Assembly (NCBI GenBank): GCA_964531275.1 | Contig: CAZHDZ010000006.1 | Span: 14,963 to 78,962, forward strand | Source: an uncultured Gammaproteobacteria bacterium | GTDB taxonomy: Bacteria > Patescibacteriota > Microgenomatia > Levybacterales > GWA1-39-11 | DNA length: 64,000 nucleotides | Direction of reading: 5' to 3' | In this document: piece after piece, positions 9,120 through 18,012 of the stretch | How the letters are laid out: each line of letters begins with the position of its first letter | Numbering within the stretch: the first letter of the stretch is position 1 | Program-made: the position numbers and the translations under genes | The notes under the pieces: generated by a model | What the model was told of the DNA's origin: nothing | Databases searched by the model: none | What the model saw: only the letters and a program-made list of their open reading frames with translations

Positions 9120-10808
9120 ATGATCCTGTCCGACGATCAAATCAAAGCATTAGTTCTAAAAACTGGTCTTGCTAATGACCAGACTCTTCAGGAGCTCGTT
9201 GAATTCGCGAAAAATTCAAATGTTACACTTGCCGATGCCTTAATAGAAAAAGATGTAATCTCTGATGAAAATCTTGGAATACTCATCGCTGACTTCCTCC
9301 ATATCCCATTTATAGTTCTTTCAAAACTCTCGATACCAGAAGATGTATTTAGAATTGTTCCTGAAAAAATTGCAAGAAAACATAAAGTTATTCCATTTGA
9401 AAAAACACAAGAAGGGTTAAAAGTAGCAATAGTTGACCCTAAAAAAGTTGAGGTTCTTCAGGCGATCAGCAAAAAAGCTGGAGTCAAAGTCATACCTTAT
9501 CTCACAACGGAGCGTGATGTTGAAAATATTCTCCGCATATACAAAAGAGATCTTCAAAAATCATTCGAGCAACTCCTACAAAAGGAGCTTGGTATAACTG
9601 ATATTTCAAAAGTTACTGATGCTGCTCCAATTGAAAAAATTGTTAACCTACTTGTTGAATTCGGATATCAAGATAAAGTATCCGATATTCATATAGAACC
9701 TGAAGAAAAGGATTCACTTGTACGTTTTAGAATCGATGGAATACTCCATGACGTACTTTACTTCCCTAAGAACTTTCATGAAAGAATTATCTCAAGAATA
9801 AAAATCTTGTCGAAATTAAGAACCGACGAGCATTTAAGTCCTCAGGATGGAAAAATGAGAATAAAACTTGATGAAGAAAATCTCGACATCAGAGTCTCAA
9901 TACTACCAATTGCAGACGGCGAAAAAGCAGTGCTTCGTTTGCTTGCTTCACATTTCAGACAGTTTTCCCTCATTGACCTTGGAATGAGTGAATCCGATCT
10001 GAAAAAAGTAACAGCAGCGTACAGCAAGTCGTATGGAATGGTCCTCTCAACTGGTCCGACAGGAAGCGGAAAGACAACCTCTATATACGCGATTCTAAAA
10101 ATTCTTAACACAAGAGAAAAAAATATTACAACGATTGAAGACCCTGTTGAATACAGAATAAAAGGAGTTAATCAAATCAATGTTAATGTCAAAACCGATC
10201 TTACCTTTGCAAATGGTCTTCGCTCTATTCTGCGTCAGGATCCAAATGTTGTTTTTGTTGGAGAAATCAGAGATGGTGAAACGGCTGGTATTGCTGTAAA
10301 TGCTGCTTTGACCGGACATTTAGTTCTGTCTACCCTCCACACGAATGATGCCGCAACCGCTCTTCCTCGTCTCATTGATATGAAAGTTGAGCCTTTTCTT
10401 GTTGCTTCCACAGTCAATGTCATTATCGCTCAAAGACTTATTAGAAAAATCTGCGATATGTGCAAAATGTCCTATACTATATTAAGAACGGACCTTGCTA
10501 AGAATCTCCCACCAAGCGTAATATCAAAGCATTTTGGTGAAAAAGAGAACATAAGCCTTTATCGTGGAAAGGGCTGCAAGATCTGTCATGCAACGGGATA
10601 TTCAGGAAGACTAGGACTTTTTGAAGTACTCGTGGTATCGAAAGAAGTTAAAGCTCTTATTACGGCAAAGTCGGACTCTGACGTAATTGCAAAAAAAGCT
10701 ATCGAAGAAGGAATGACTACTATGTTAAATGACGGAATAAATAAAGTTGCAAAAGGAACAACAACATTGGAAGAAGTGTTGAGAGTTACAAGGGTCGAAT
10801 CCGATTAA
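9120..10808 (+). CDS. pilB: Type IV pilus assembly ATPase PilB (GspE family) with N-terminal T2SSE_N domain
   Basis: Walker A GPTGSGKTTS, Asp box, His box, and tetracysteine-like motif CDMC...CKIC. N-terminal domain LADALIEKDVISDENL. Confidence 0.92.
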   Translation: MILSDDQIKALVLKTGLANDQTLQELVEFAKNSNVTLADALIEKDVISDENLGILIADFLHIPFIVLSKLSIPEDVFRIVPEKIARKHKVIPFEKTQEGLKVAIVDPKKVEVLQAISKKAGVKVIPYLTTERDVENILRIYKRDLQKSFEQLLQKELGITDISKVTDAAPIEKIVNLLVEFGYQDKVSDIHIEPEEKDSLVRFRIDGILHDVLYFPKNFHERIISRIKILSKLRTDEHLSPQDGKMRIKLDEENLDIRVSILPIADGEKAVLRLLASHFRQFSLIDLGMSESDLKKVTAAYSKSYGMVLSTGPTGSGKTTSIYAILKILNTREKNITTIEDPVEYRIKGVNQINVNVKTDLTFANGLRSILRQDPNVVFVGEIRDGETAGIAVNAALTGHLVLSTLHTNDAATALPRLIDMKVEPFLVASTVNVIIAQRLIRKICDMCKMSYTILRTDLAKNLPPSVISKHFGEKENISLYRGKGCKICHATGYSGRLGLFEVLVVSKEVKALITAKSDSDVIAKKAIEEGMTTMLNDGINKVAKGTTTLEEVLRVTRVESD

Positions 10809-10809
10809 T

Positions 10810-11880
10810 ATGCAATTATTTAATAACTCCAACCCTAAATCGTTACGTATTAGCAGTACTGAAAAATTAGCATTGATCAGCAATCTTGCAACAATGCTAA
10901 CTGCAGGAATTCCTATTCTTGAAGTTGTGGATTCTCTTTTAGAGGATGCGAAAGGCAATCAAAGAAAACTTCTTGAATCACTGAAATTAGATCTTACCCA
11001 AGGAAATCATGTAGCAGATGCATTCGCAAAATTTCCTCGGGTTTTTGACAAGATTACCGTAAATCTCCTTAAGGCATCTGAAGAAGCAGGAACCCTAGAC
11101 GTAACGCTTATCGACTTGAAAGCTTCAATAAGAAAAGATTCTGAATTTTCAGACAAAATCAAAGGAGCACTTACGTATCCCGTACTTATTATGTTTGTTT
11201 TTATTGGAGTGCTACTTATGATCCTGGTTGTTGTTGTTCCAAAAATCTCAACGGTGTTTATGAGACTTAATGTAGAGCTACCACTACCTACCCAGATTCT
11301 TATCGCAATGTCTCAAGCGCTTACTCAATATACAATATTTGTAATTTTAGGAGCTGTAATATTTGTTGCTGGAATTTTTCTTCTATACAGAGAAAAGAAA
11401 AGAGAATTTCTTCACATACTCTTTATGCTACCCATCATATCCACCCTCGCAAAACAAATTGATCTGACTCGCTTTTCAAGAAGTCTTTACTTATTACTTA
11501 ATGCGGGTATTCCAATTGCAGCCGCATTAGAATTAACACAAGACGTTGTACTAAAACGTGAAGTTGCAGAATCAATTACGCATTGTAAAGAGGTTGTTCT
11601 TGCTGGTAGCCAGCTTTCGGAGGGACTTAAAAAAGCAAAGGGGATATTTCCAAGCATTATGATAAGAATTACTGAAGCAGGAGAGAAAAGCGGATCCCTA
11701 GATAAATCGATGCAAGATGTCTCTGAATATTTGGACTACCAAGTAGAAAAAACTCTCAAAACTCTTACAACTGTTCTAGAACCTATTATGCTTATTTTTG
11801 TTGGAATTGCGGTCGGAGGAATGATGCTTGCTATTATTGCTCCTATATATGGGCTTATTGGGCAAGTCACTACACGGTAA
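10810..11880 (+). CDS. pilC: Type IV pilus platform protein PilC (GspF family, two T2SSF repeats)
   Basis: Three TM segments with duplicated cytoplasmic domains. Position directly after pilB. Confidence 0.85.
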   Translation: MQLFNNSNPKSLRISSTEKLALISNLATMLTAGIPILEVVDSLLEDAKGNQRKLLESLKLDLTQGNHVADAFAKFPRVFDKITVNLLKASEEAGTLDVTLIDLKASIRKDSEFSDKIKGALTYPVLIMFVFIGVLLMILVVVVPKISTVFMRLNVELPLPTQILIAMSQALTQYTIFVILGAVIFVAGIFLLYREKKREFLHILFMLPIISTLAKQIDLTRFSRSLYLLLNAGIPIAAALELTQDVVLKREVAESITHCKEVVLAGSQLSEGLKKAKGIFPSIMIRITEAGEKSGSLDKSMQDVSEYLDYQVEKTLKTLTTVLEPIMLIFVGIAVGGMMLAIIAPIYGLIGQVTTR

Positions 11881-12365
11881 TGAAACTACAACGACAAGCT
11901 GGATTCACCTTAATTGAAATTTTATTAGTAGTTGGGATTCTGGGACTACTTTTCGGAATCGGGCTTTTAAGCATTGGCAACATCCAAGTAATCACTCAAA
12001 ATAATGCCTCTTCAACCCTGATAGTCTCAGATCTTAAGACACAGCAGATAAAGGCGATGGTTGGTGACACAGAGGGAAGAGGAATTCCGGATAACTATGG
12101 CATTAAAATTTTGACAGACAGATATATTTTATTCCACGGCATAAATTACAACGCAGCTGATACTGCTAACTTTTCAATTCCACTCGCATCCGGATATACA
12201 CTGAGCTCTACATTTCCCAATACAACAATTCTCTTTGCATCAAATAGTGGAGAGCTAGTAAACTTTGCTCAGGGCAGTGACACAATTACGGTAACCCATA
12301 CGTCATCAAGCAAGCAACAGGTTATTAGACTTAATAAATATGGAACTATTACAAATCTTCAATAA
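11880..12365 (+). CDS. Prepilin-type (pseudopilin/minor pilin) protein with class III signal peptide
   Basis: N-terminus MKLQRQAGFTLIEILLVVGILG: G-F-T-L-I-E with Glu at position +5 after the Gly cleavage site. Confidence 0.8.
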   Translation: MKLQRQAGFTLIEILLVVGILGLLFGIGLLSIGNIQVITQNNASSTLIVSDLKTQQIKAMVGDTEGRGIPDNYGIKILTDRYILFHGINYNAADTANFSIPLASGYTLSSTFPNTTILFASNSGELVNFAQGSDTITVTHTSSSKQQVIRLNKYGTITNLQ

Positions 12366-15276
12366 AAACCAAAAAGGCCAGATGCTCATAGAAATTCTTA
12401 TTGTCATTGCAATAAGTGCGATTATGCTCCCAGCACTACTCACTGGCCTTTTCTCATCAACTCAAGGAAAAGCACAACAGGGACAACGAGTACAAGCAAT
12501 CGCTCTTATGAAAGAGGCTGAAGAAGTAGTCAGAAACGTTAGAAACCAGAGCTGGCAAGCCTTTGCCACCAATGGCATTTATCATCCATTGATATCGGGC
12601 ACTACGTGGAATTTTGCATCAGGGAGTGAGACGGTAAATGGCTTGACTAGAACAATTACTGTTAGTGACGTTAGGAGAGATGCGAATGGAGCAGTTGTTA
12701 CTTCAGGCGGCAGCCTTGATCCTTCTACTAAGCGTGTCTATATTCAAGTGACCTGGGGTGAACCCTACGCTTCTTCTGTAGATTCTACTATTTACGTTAC
12801 AAGATTCCTACAAAATGCAGCCTCAACCCAAACAAGCATTAGTGACTTTAGCACCGGCACTTTTGCAACAACCGAATCATCGAATGTGTTGGGTGGAGAA
12901 ATTACGCTTTCAACCAATACGAAGGGTAAATGGTGCTCTCCCGCTTTTGCTGCAGCTACCATTACGCTCCCTGATGGTCCACCAGTTGCCGTTGCCGCGA
13001 CCTCAAGCGCAACCAGCATAACAATACCAAATCAAGCATTTGTAGCAACAGCCCCAACCCTTGCAACTTCAATTAAATTGGCGCATGTTACGGTGTCTGC
13101 TGATACCGATACTCAGACGACTTCTCTTCGAGGGAAATTCACTCTTGACCCAACCAAATACAGCAATGCCGGACTGGTGCCCTCAGGCATTGGACTAGAC
13201 AATAGTTTTAAAACAAATGCCATAAAATATTACAAATCGTCTTCGGGAAAAATGTATGCCCTTATAGCAACTACAAAACCTGACAGGGAGGTTATAGCAA
13301 TTTTAGTTGATGACAACAATAGCTCGAATGATAATACAAATACCGGCGAGTACCAAGATTATGTAAATGGAATTTATAAATATTGGACGTACTTTAATAC
13401 CAATACATACAACACTGCAGGAAATTTTGATACAGGATTTCAAAGTCCATCAGCAAATTCCGCAGACAGTGGAGGGGATGGGGATGGATTTACCAATGGT
13501 AGCAGGGCTTACTCAAATAATACCCAACAAGCAACAGATAGTAATAGCGGATCGGGGACAGGAACAAGCTGCACTGGGAGCGACAAGGACAAGCATCGAT
13601 TCTACAACTATGATTTTACTCTCCCAACAGGTGCTGCTATTTCCGGGATCGAAGTAAGACTTGATGCATGGGTTGAAAGCACATCCAATTCACCCACTAT
13701 GTGTGTTCAACTTTCCTGGGATGGGGGTACAACATGGACAACAGCAAAATCAACAACAACATTAACAACATCTCAATCAACATATCTGCTTGGAGGCTCG
13801 TCCGACACTTGGGGTCGGTCATGGGGAAGCACTGAGTTGAGCAATTCAAATTTTAGAGTTAGAGTGATTAATGTATCAAGCAGCACCTCAAGGGATTTTT
13901 CCCTTGATTGGGTGGCTGTAAAAGTTAATTATTCAGGTGGAACCCTAAATGACCAAGCCCCATTCGATTATGGAGCTACCTCTATTGCAGTTCTTGGAAA
14001 TCAAGGCTATGCAAGCTCTGGTGGATACCTTTACACCTTTGATTTATCAAACATCGACTCAAAATCCACCTCAGATGGTCTAGATATGGTAGGCTGCAGA
14101 ATACAGCTTGATGGGTACGACTGTAATCCCGGCTCCGGCACAGATAGAAAGTACGACCCTGGTGAATATGGGGCAAGCTGGTCTGATACAACTTCACCTG
14201 CCCACAATGACTGCTCTGATGGAGGAAATATAGAGCTGTATGGAACAAATGATATTTACCCAGTCCAGGTAGGCAGCAATACATATATTTATGCAGCGGT
14301 TGGTGCTGGTACAAATCCTGAGCTTAATATTGTAAATGCTACAAGCATACCAACCACAAGCACTACTCCCACAATTTCAGATAGTACGTGTGGGAGAGCC
14401 TCCGGAGGCAATACCGGATGGAAATTGGTCGGAAGCTATGACTTTAATACAGCCAATGGCACAGAAGAAGCTGCAAATTCTGTATATGCCAGCGCTGATG
14501 GAACGAGGGCTTATATATCATCCAATGGTGGCTCGGCCAGCAAGCAGCTTTATGTAATAAATACCTCCAGCAAAACCGCTCCCGCCTTCCTTTCAGGCAG
14601 TCCTTCAACTGGACCTCTAAGCGGATTCTACAGTGGAACTGGAGCAGATGCCGAACTGTATCCAAGACGTTCACTAACTGTTTTTAACGGTCAGAGAGCT
14701 GTGTTGGTTGGAAAAGATGGAACGGTAAATGGAAATAATGGGAAAGAATACCAAGTACTTAACATGAGCAATGAAGCCAACCCTACATACTGTGGGGGTT
14801 TGCAGTTCGATTCAGGATTTAATGACCTTACTGCTGTTTCGGAGTTAGACGGAGACAACTTTGTATACATGGTCGGAAATACAGTAGGAAATGAGTTGAA
14901 AATAATTCAAGGAGGTCCTGATGGCACCTACCTAAGCTCCGGAACGTATGAATCCTCTCCAAAGGATCTAGGTGCAAATGTAGCACTTAATAGATTTTCT
15001 GTAACTGCTACTGTCTCTGCTTCAACCATTCTTCAATTTCAAGTTGCTGCCACTCAACAAGTAAGTGGTTCTTGTGTTGGCGCAACATATACGTACGTTG
15101 GGCCAGATGGCACTTCAAGCACCTACTTCCCTTCAAGCGGAGGACCAATACCTTTGAGTGGAGTTGTTGGATTTGAAAATCCTGCACAATGCGTAAAGTA
15201 TAAAGCTTTTCTTTCAACAACAGACAACAATGTAACCCCTTCAATTCTTGACGCATCTTTTAATTTCTCACCGTAA
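12340..15276 (+). CDS. Giant prepilin-type protein (978 aa): class III signal peptide (KGQMLIEILIVIAISA) fused to a large Ser/Thr/Gly/Asn-rich extracellular region; candidate pilus tip adhesin
   Basis: ORF track. N-terminal prepilin motif with E at +5. Remainder is beta-rich with low-complexity ST-rich stretches and no further TM segment. Confidence 0.7.
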   Translation: MELLQIFNKNQKGQMLIEILIVIAISAIMLPALLTGLFSSTQGKAQQGQRVQAIALMKEAEEVVRNVRNQSWQAFATNGIYHPLISGTTWNFASGSETVNGLTRTITVSDVRRDANGAVVTSGGSLDPSTKRVYIQVTWGEPYASSVDSTIYVTRFLQNAASTQTSISDFSTGTFATTESSNVLGGEITLSTNTKGKWCSPAFAAATITLPDGPPVAVAATSSATSITIPNQAFVATAPTLATSIKLAHVTVSADTDTQTTSLRGKFTLDPTKYSNAGLVPSGIGLDNSFKTNAIKYYKSSSGKMYALIATTKPDREVIAILVDDNNSSNDNTNTGEYQDYVNGIYKYWTYFNTNTYNTAGNFDTGFQSPSANSADSGGDGDGFTNGSRAYSNNTQQATDSNSGSGTGTSCTGSDKDKHRFYNYDFTLPTGAAISGIEVRLDAWVESTSNSPTMCVQLSWDGGTTWTTAKSTTTLTTSQSTYLLGGSSDTWGRSWGSTELSNSNFRVRVINVSSSTSRDFSLDWVAVKVNYSGGTLNDQAPFDYGATSIAVLGNQGYASSGGYLYTFDLSNIDSKSTSDGLDMVGCRIQLDGYDCNPGSGTDRKYDPGEYGASWSDTTSPAHNDCSDGGNIELYGTNDIYPVQVGSNTYIYAAVGAGTNPELNIVNATSIPTTSTTPTISDSTCGRASGGNTGWKLVGSYDFNTANGTEEAANSVYASADGTRAYISSNGGSASKQLYVINTSSKTAPAFLSGSPSTGPLSGFYSGTGADAELYPRRSLTVFNGQRAVLVGKDGTVNGNNGKEYQVLNMSNEANPTYCGGLQFDSGFNDLTAVSELDGDNFVYMVGNTVGNELKIIQGGPDGTYLSSGTYESSPKDLGANVALNRFSVTATVSASTILQFQVAATQQVSGSCVGATYTYVGPDGTSSTYFPSSGGPIPLSGVVGFENPAQCVKYKAFLSTTDNNVTPSILDASFNFSP

Positions 15277-15279
15277 AAT

Positions 15280-15786
15280 ATGAACCATAAATCAATAAAG
15301 ATGCACAAACAAAGAGGATTCACATTGGTTGAGCTACTTATCTACATGGGGCTACTAGTAATTATGATTGTTGTCTTCACGCAAATTTTTGTTTCGATTT
15401 TGGACAATCAGTTGAGATCTACTAATACTTCGAATGTTGCTGATGATGGAAGATATATTTATTCTAGATTCATTTATGATGTTAATAGGGCTGACTCAAT
15501 TGCTTCACCCTCAGCATATGGCAGCAGTTCTGCAAGCATGACTTTGGTAATTGACGGGATAGACAATACTTATTCTGCAACAAATGGAAGCCTCCTAGTA
15601 ACAACCCCGACAAATACTTTTATATTGAATGGATATGGATCAACAGTTACAGATCTAATATTCACTAAGGTCGGTTCCCCAAGCGCAAAAAGTACAGTAC
15701 GCATGAACTTTACAATCAGTGGAACAATTAATTCGCGTGGCTTAATAGATAGACAAGATTTTCAAACAACTGCCGGACTGAGATGA
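15280..15786 (+). CDS. Prepilin-type minor pilin/pseudopilin
   Basis: Near the N-terminus: KQRGFTLVELLIYMGLLVIMIVVF, a prepilin cleavage/methylation motif. Confidence 0.8.
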   Translation: MNHKSIKMHKQRGFTLVELLIYMGLLVIMIVVFTQIFVSILDNQLRSTNTSNVADDGRYIYSRFIYDVNRADSIASPSAYGSSSASMTLVIDGIDNTYSATNGSLLVTTPTNTFILNGYGSTVTDLIFTKVGSPSAKSTVRMNFTISGTINSRGLIDRQDFQTTAGLR

Positions 15787-16166
15787 TACATAACTTTCGC
15801 AATCAAAAAGGGCAAACGCTCGTTATTATGCTTACCTACATGGTAATAGCTGTTGTTGTTACAACTGCATCAATTGCTTTGGTTTTAAATAGCGCGAGCG
15901 GTACAGATAAAGTCTATCAGGGAACCAACTCCCTTGATATTGCAGAAAGTGGAGCAGAAACTGCTATGATAAAGTTACTAAGAAATCCGAATTATACGGG
16001 CGAGACATTGACAGTTGGAGGAGGCCAAGCAGTAATAACCATAACGGGCACCAATCCAAAAAAAGTTATTTCGAAAGGGACTCTCAACCATTTTACTCGT
16101 ACAATACAGGTGCTAGTAGATACAAGTAACAATACTCTCACTGCTATATCCTGGAAGGAAATCTAG
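15783..16166 (+). CDS. PilX-like minor pilin (hydrophobic N-terminus without Glu5, AESGAETAMIKLL motif)
   Basis: QKGQTLVIMLTYMVIAVVV followed by IAESGAETA, which resembles the PilX N-terminal region. Confidence 0.55.
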   Translation: MIHNFRNQKGQTLVIMLTYMVIAVVVTTASIALVLNSASGTDKVYQGTNSLDIAESGAETAMIKLLRNPNYTGETLTVGGGQAVITITGTNPKKVISKGTLNHFTRTIQVLVDTSNNTLTAISWKEI

Positions 16167-16175
16167 ACTGCTCAT

Positions 16176-16874
16176 ATGGAATTTACAAAAAAACAACCTG
16201 CTTTTATTTATCTTGATAAAAATGGCTTCTACTTTTTTGAGAATGGCATGACCCAAGTAATAAGTCTCGCTTTCCTTGCAACTTCTGTAAAAGATATGGA
16301 CGTTATCAATGGTGGCTCGCTTATGACCCAGGTAAAAGGTTTTATAGATCAATATAAACTGTCCCCTGCGGCAGCCACCATAATCTTCTCTCCAAATATT
16401 ACCTTTGAAAAAGATATCGTTGATCTTGCCCATGATCAGCAGGAAGAAGAGATTAAAAAATTCTTAGAGACAGTTCCTTTCGACAGCGTGCTTTCAAAAG
16501 AGTATCCGATTAATAAAGGGGTTAAGATAATCGCGGTCAATGAGGATATATACATGGAACTTAAAATGGCATTTGAGAAAAACGCATGGAGCGTTGATAA
16601 CGCTGTAGCTTATCAAATGATGGGTCAAGATCAGACATTTATTCGCAATCTAACTCCAGACAACGCAGCACAACTCGTAAAGCGTCTTTATCACCTAAAA
16701 CAAGCAACACTTCTAACTGTTGAGAAAGAAAAATTCCAACCAATTGAAATGTCTTCTGACAATAAAAAGGAAATGACAAAAACAAAAAAAGTAAATGTTC
16801 GTCTCTTTGCCATGATTGGAATTTTCGGAATTCTTTTCGTTGTTCTGGGTTTTATGATAATTAACATGAAATGA
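16176..16874 (+). CDS. Hypothetical pilus-locus protein, ~205-aa cytoplasmic domain with a C-terminal TM anchor; possibly a reduced PilM-like component
   Basis: ORF track. C-terminal helix LFAMIGIFGILFVVLGFMIINMK. Sits between the minor pilins and the major pilin. Confidence 0.4.
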   Translation: MEFTKKQPAFIYLDKNGFYFFENGMTQVISLAFLATSVKDMDVINGGSLMTQVKGFIDQYKLSPAAATIIFSPNITFEKDIVDLAHDQQEEEIKKFLETVPFDSVLSKEYPINKGVKIIAVNEDIYMELKMAFEKNAWSVDNAVAYQMMGQDQTFIRNLTPDNAAQLVKRLYHLKQATLLTVEKEKFQPIEMSSDNKKEMTKTKKVNVRLFAMIGIFGILFVVLGFMIINMK

Positions 16875-17058
16875 GATTCTTAAATCTTTTTCTGATTTAT
16901 ATTTTTTTCTACAATCAGAAATAAAATCCTCACAAATTGCTATTGAAATCATGAAAAGAAAAATTAATATGAGATATTTTTTGGTTAATTTGAAGCAAAA
17001 GTTGCTCTTAAATTACCTATTGACAAGGTTTTTCAAATATGATTATCTTAATACAGAT

Positions 17059-17532
17059 ATGACAACTGCCCAGTTTAAAAATCAAAAAGGTTTCACACTC
17101 ATCGAGTTACTCGTAGTGATCGGAATCCTAGCCGTTCTTCTTGCTATCACTCTTATTGCTATCAATCCAGCGAGACAATTCCAACAGGCAAATGACACAA
17201 AAAGATCTTCTGACGTAAATGCTATTCTTAGTGCAGTCGGACAATATTCAGCAGACAACAAGGGAAATCTAACAGCTCTTGGAATCCCAACAGGAACAGC
17301 AGCGATTATCGGAGATGGAGTTGGACAAGTTGATCTTTGCGATGACATAGTCACACAATACATGGCTGCCCTACCTGTAGATCCATTAACGAATAACGGA
17401 GCCCCAGTAACTGATTGTACAGCTGCATACGATACGAATTACACAATTGTTCAAAGCGCTGCAAACAGCAGAATAACTGTAAGTGCTCCAGCAACTGAAA
17501 TCGGAGCTGTAGACATCTCAGTAACTCGATAG
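17059..17532 (+). CDS. pilA: Type IV major pilin (PilA-like) prepilin; start ambiguous (17059 gives leader MTTAQFKNQKG; in-frame ATGs at 16951 and 16969)
   Basis: KGFTLIELLVVIGILAVLLAITLIAINPARQFQQAND is a canonical type IVa pilin N-terminus. Mature length is about 145 aa. Confidence 0.8.
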   Translation: MTTAQFKNQKGFTLIELLVVIGILAVLLAITLIAINPARQFQQANDTKRSSDVNAILSAVGQYSADNKGNLTALGIPTGTAAIIGDGVGQVDLCDDIVTQYMAALPVDPLTNNGAPVTDCTAAYDTNYTIVQSAANSRITVSAPATEIGAVDISVTR

Positions 17533-17619
17533 TTCTTCACTCATTGACTTCCCTATAAATTAAGTGTTAGCATTTTATTAGTAGTTTAATTCGCTTAGCT
17601 AAGAATCTTACAATTCTAT

Positions 17620-18012
17620 ATGGATAAGAAGATACTCATTGCGGAAGATGATGAATTCCTAAGACAACTATATTCTGATGTCTTAAAAGGCGAAGGCTAT
17701 ACTGTCGATGTTGCCATAGATGGAGACGATGCCCTTCGCAAAATACAGGCAGGTGGATGGGATCTAGTGCTACTTGATATCATAATGCCCAAGCTCAGTG
17801 GTCTTGATGTTATGAGGAAGGCAAAGGAATCTCCTCAACCTTTAAATCAAAATAAATGCATAGTATTTCTCACCAACTTAGATAAGGGGGAAGAGATTAA
17901 GGAAGCATTAATTTTGGGAAATGGTTATCTCATAAAAAGTCAGATTACTCCAGGTGATTTGGTTAAAGAAGTTCAATTATATCTTACGCCTCAAGGACAA
18001 ACCGTTAATTAA
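17620..18012 (+). CDS. Single-domain CheY-like response regulator receiver
   Basis: MDKKILIAEDDEFLRQLY...DLVLLDIIMPKLSGLDVM... Confidence 0.85.
   Translation: MDKKILIAEDDEFLRQLYSDVLKGEGYTVDVAIDGDDALRKIQAGGWDLVLLDIIMPKLSGLDVMRKAKESPQPLNQNKCIVFLTNLDKGEEIKEALILGNGYLIKSQITPGDLVKEVQLYLTPQGQTVN

Noticed and set aside
10780-10800. GGGTCGAATCC, a tRNA T-arm-like string
   Set aside because: It lies inside the pilB coding frame (..RVTRVESD stop). No acceptor or anticodon stem is foldable around it, so it is coincidental.
12792-13021. Overlapping ORFs on both strands inside the giant pilin gene
   Set aside because: Antisense or alternate-frame shadow ORFs in a GC-richer, low-complexity coding stretch.
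17020-17050. TTGACA-N18-TATCTT promoter-like hexamers just upstream of the major pilin ATG at 17059
   Set aside because: The -10 match is weak and would leave only ~8 nt to the start codon. The true pilin start is also ambiguous (in-frame ATGs at 16951 and 16969).
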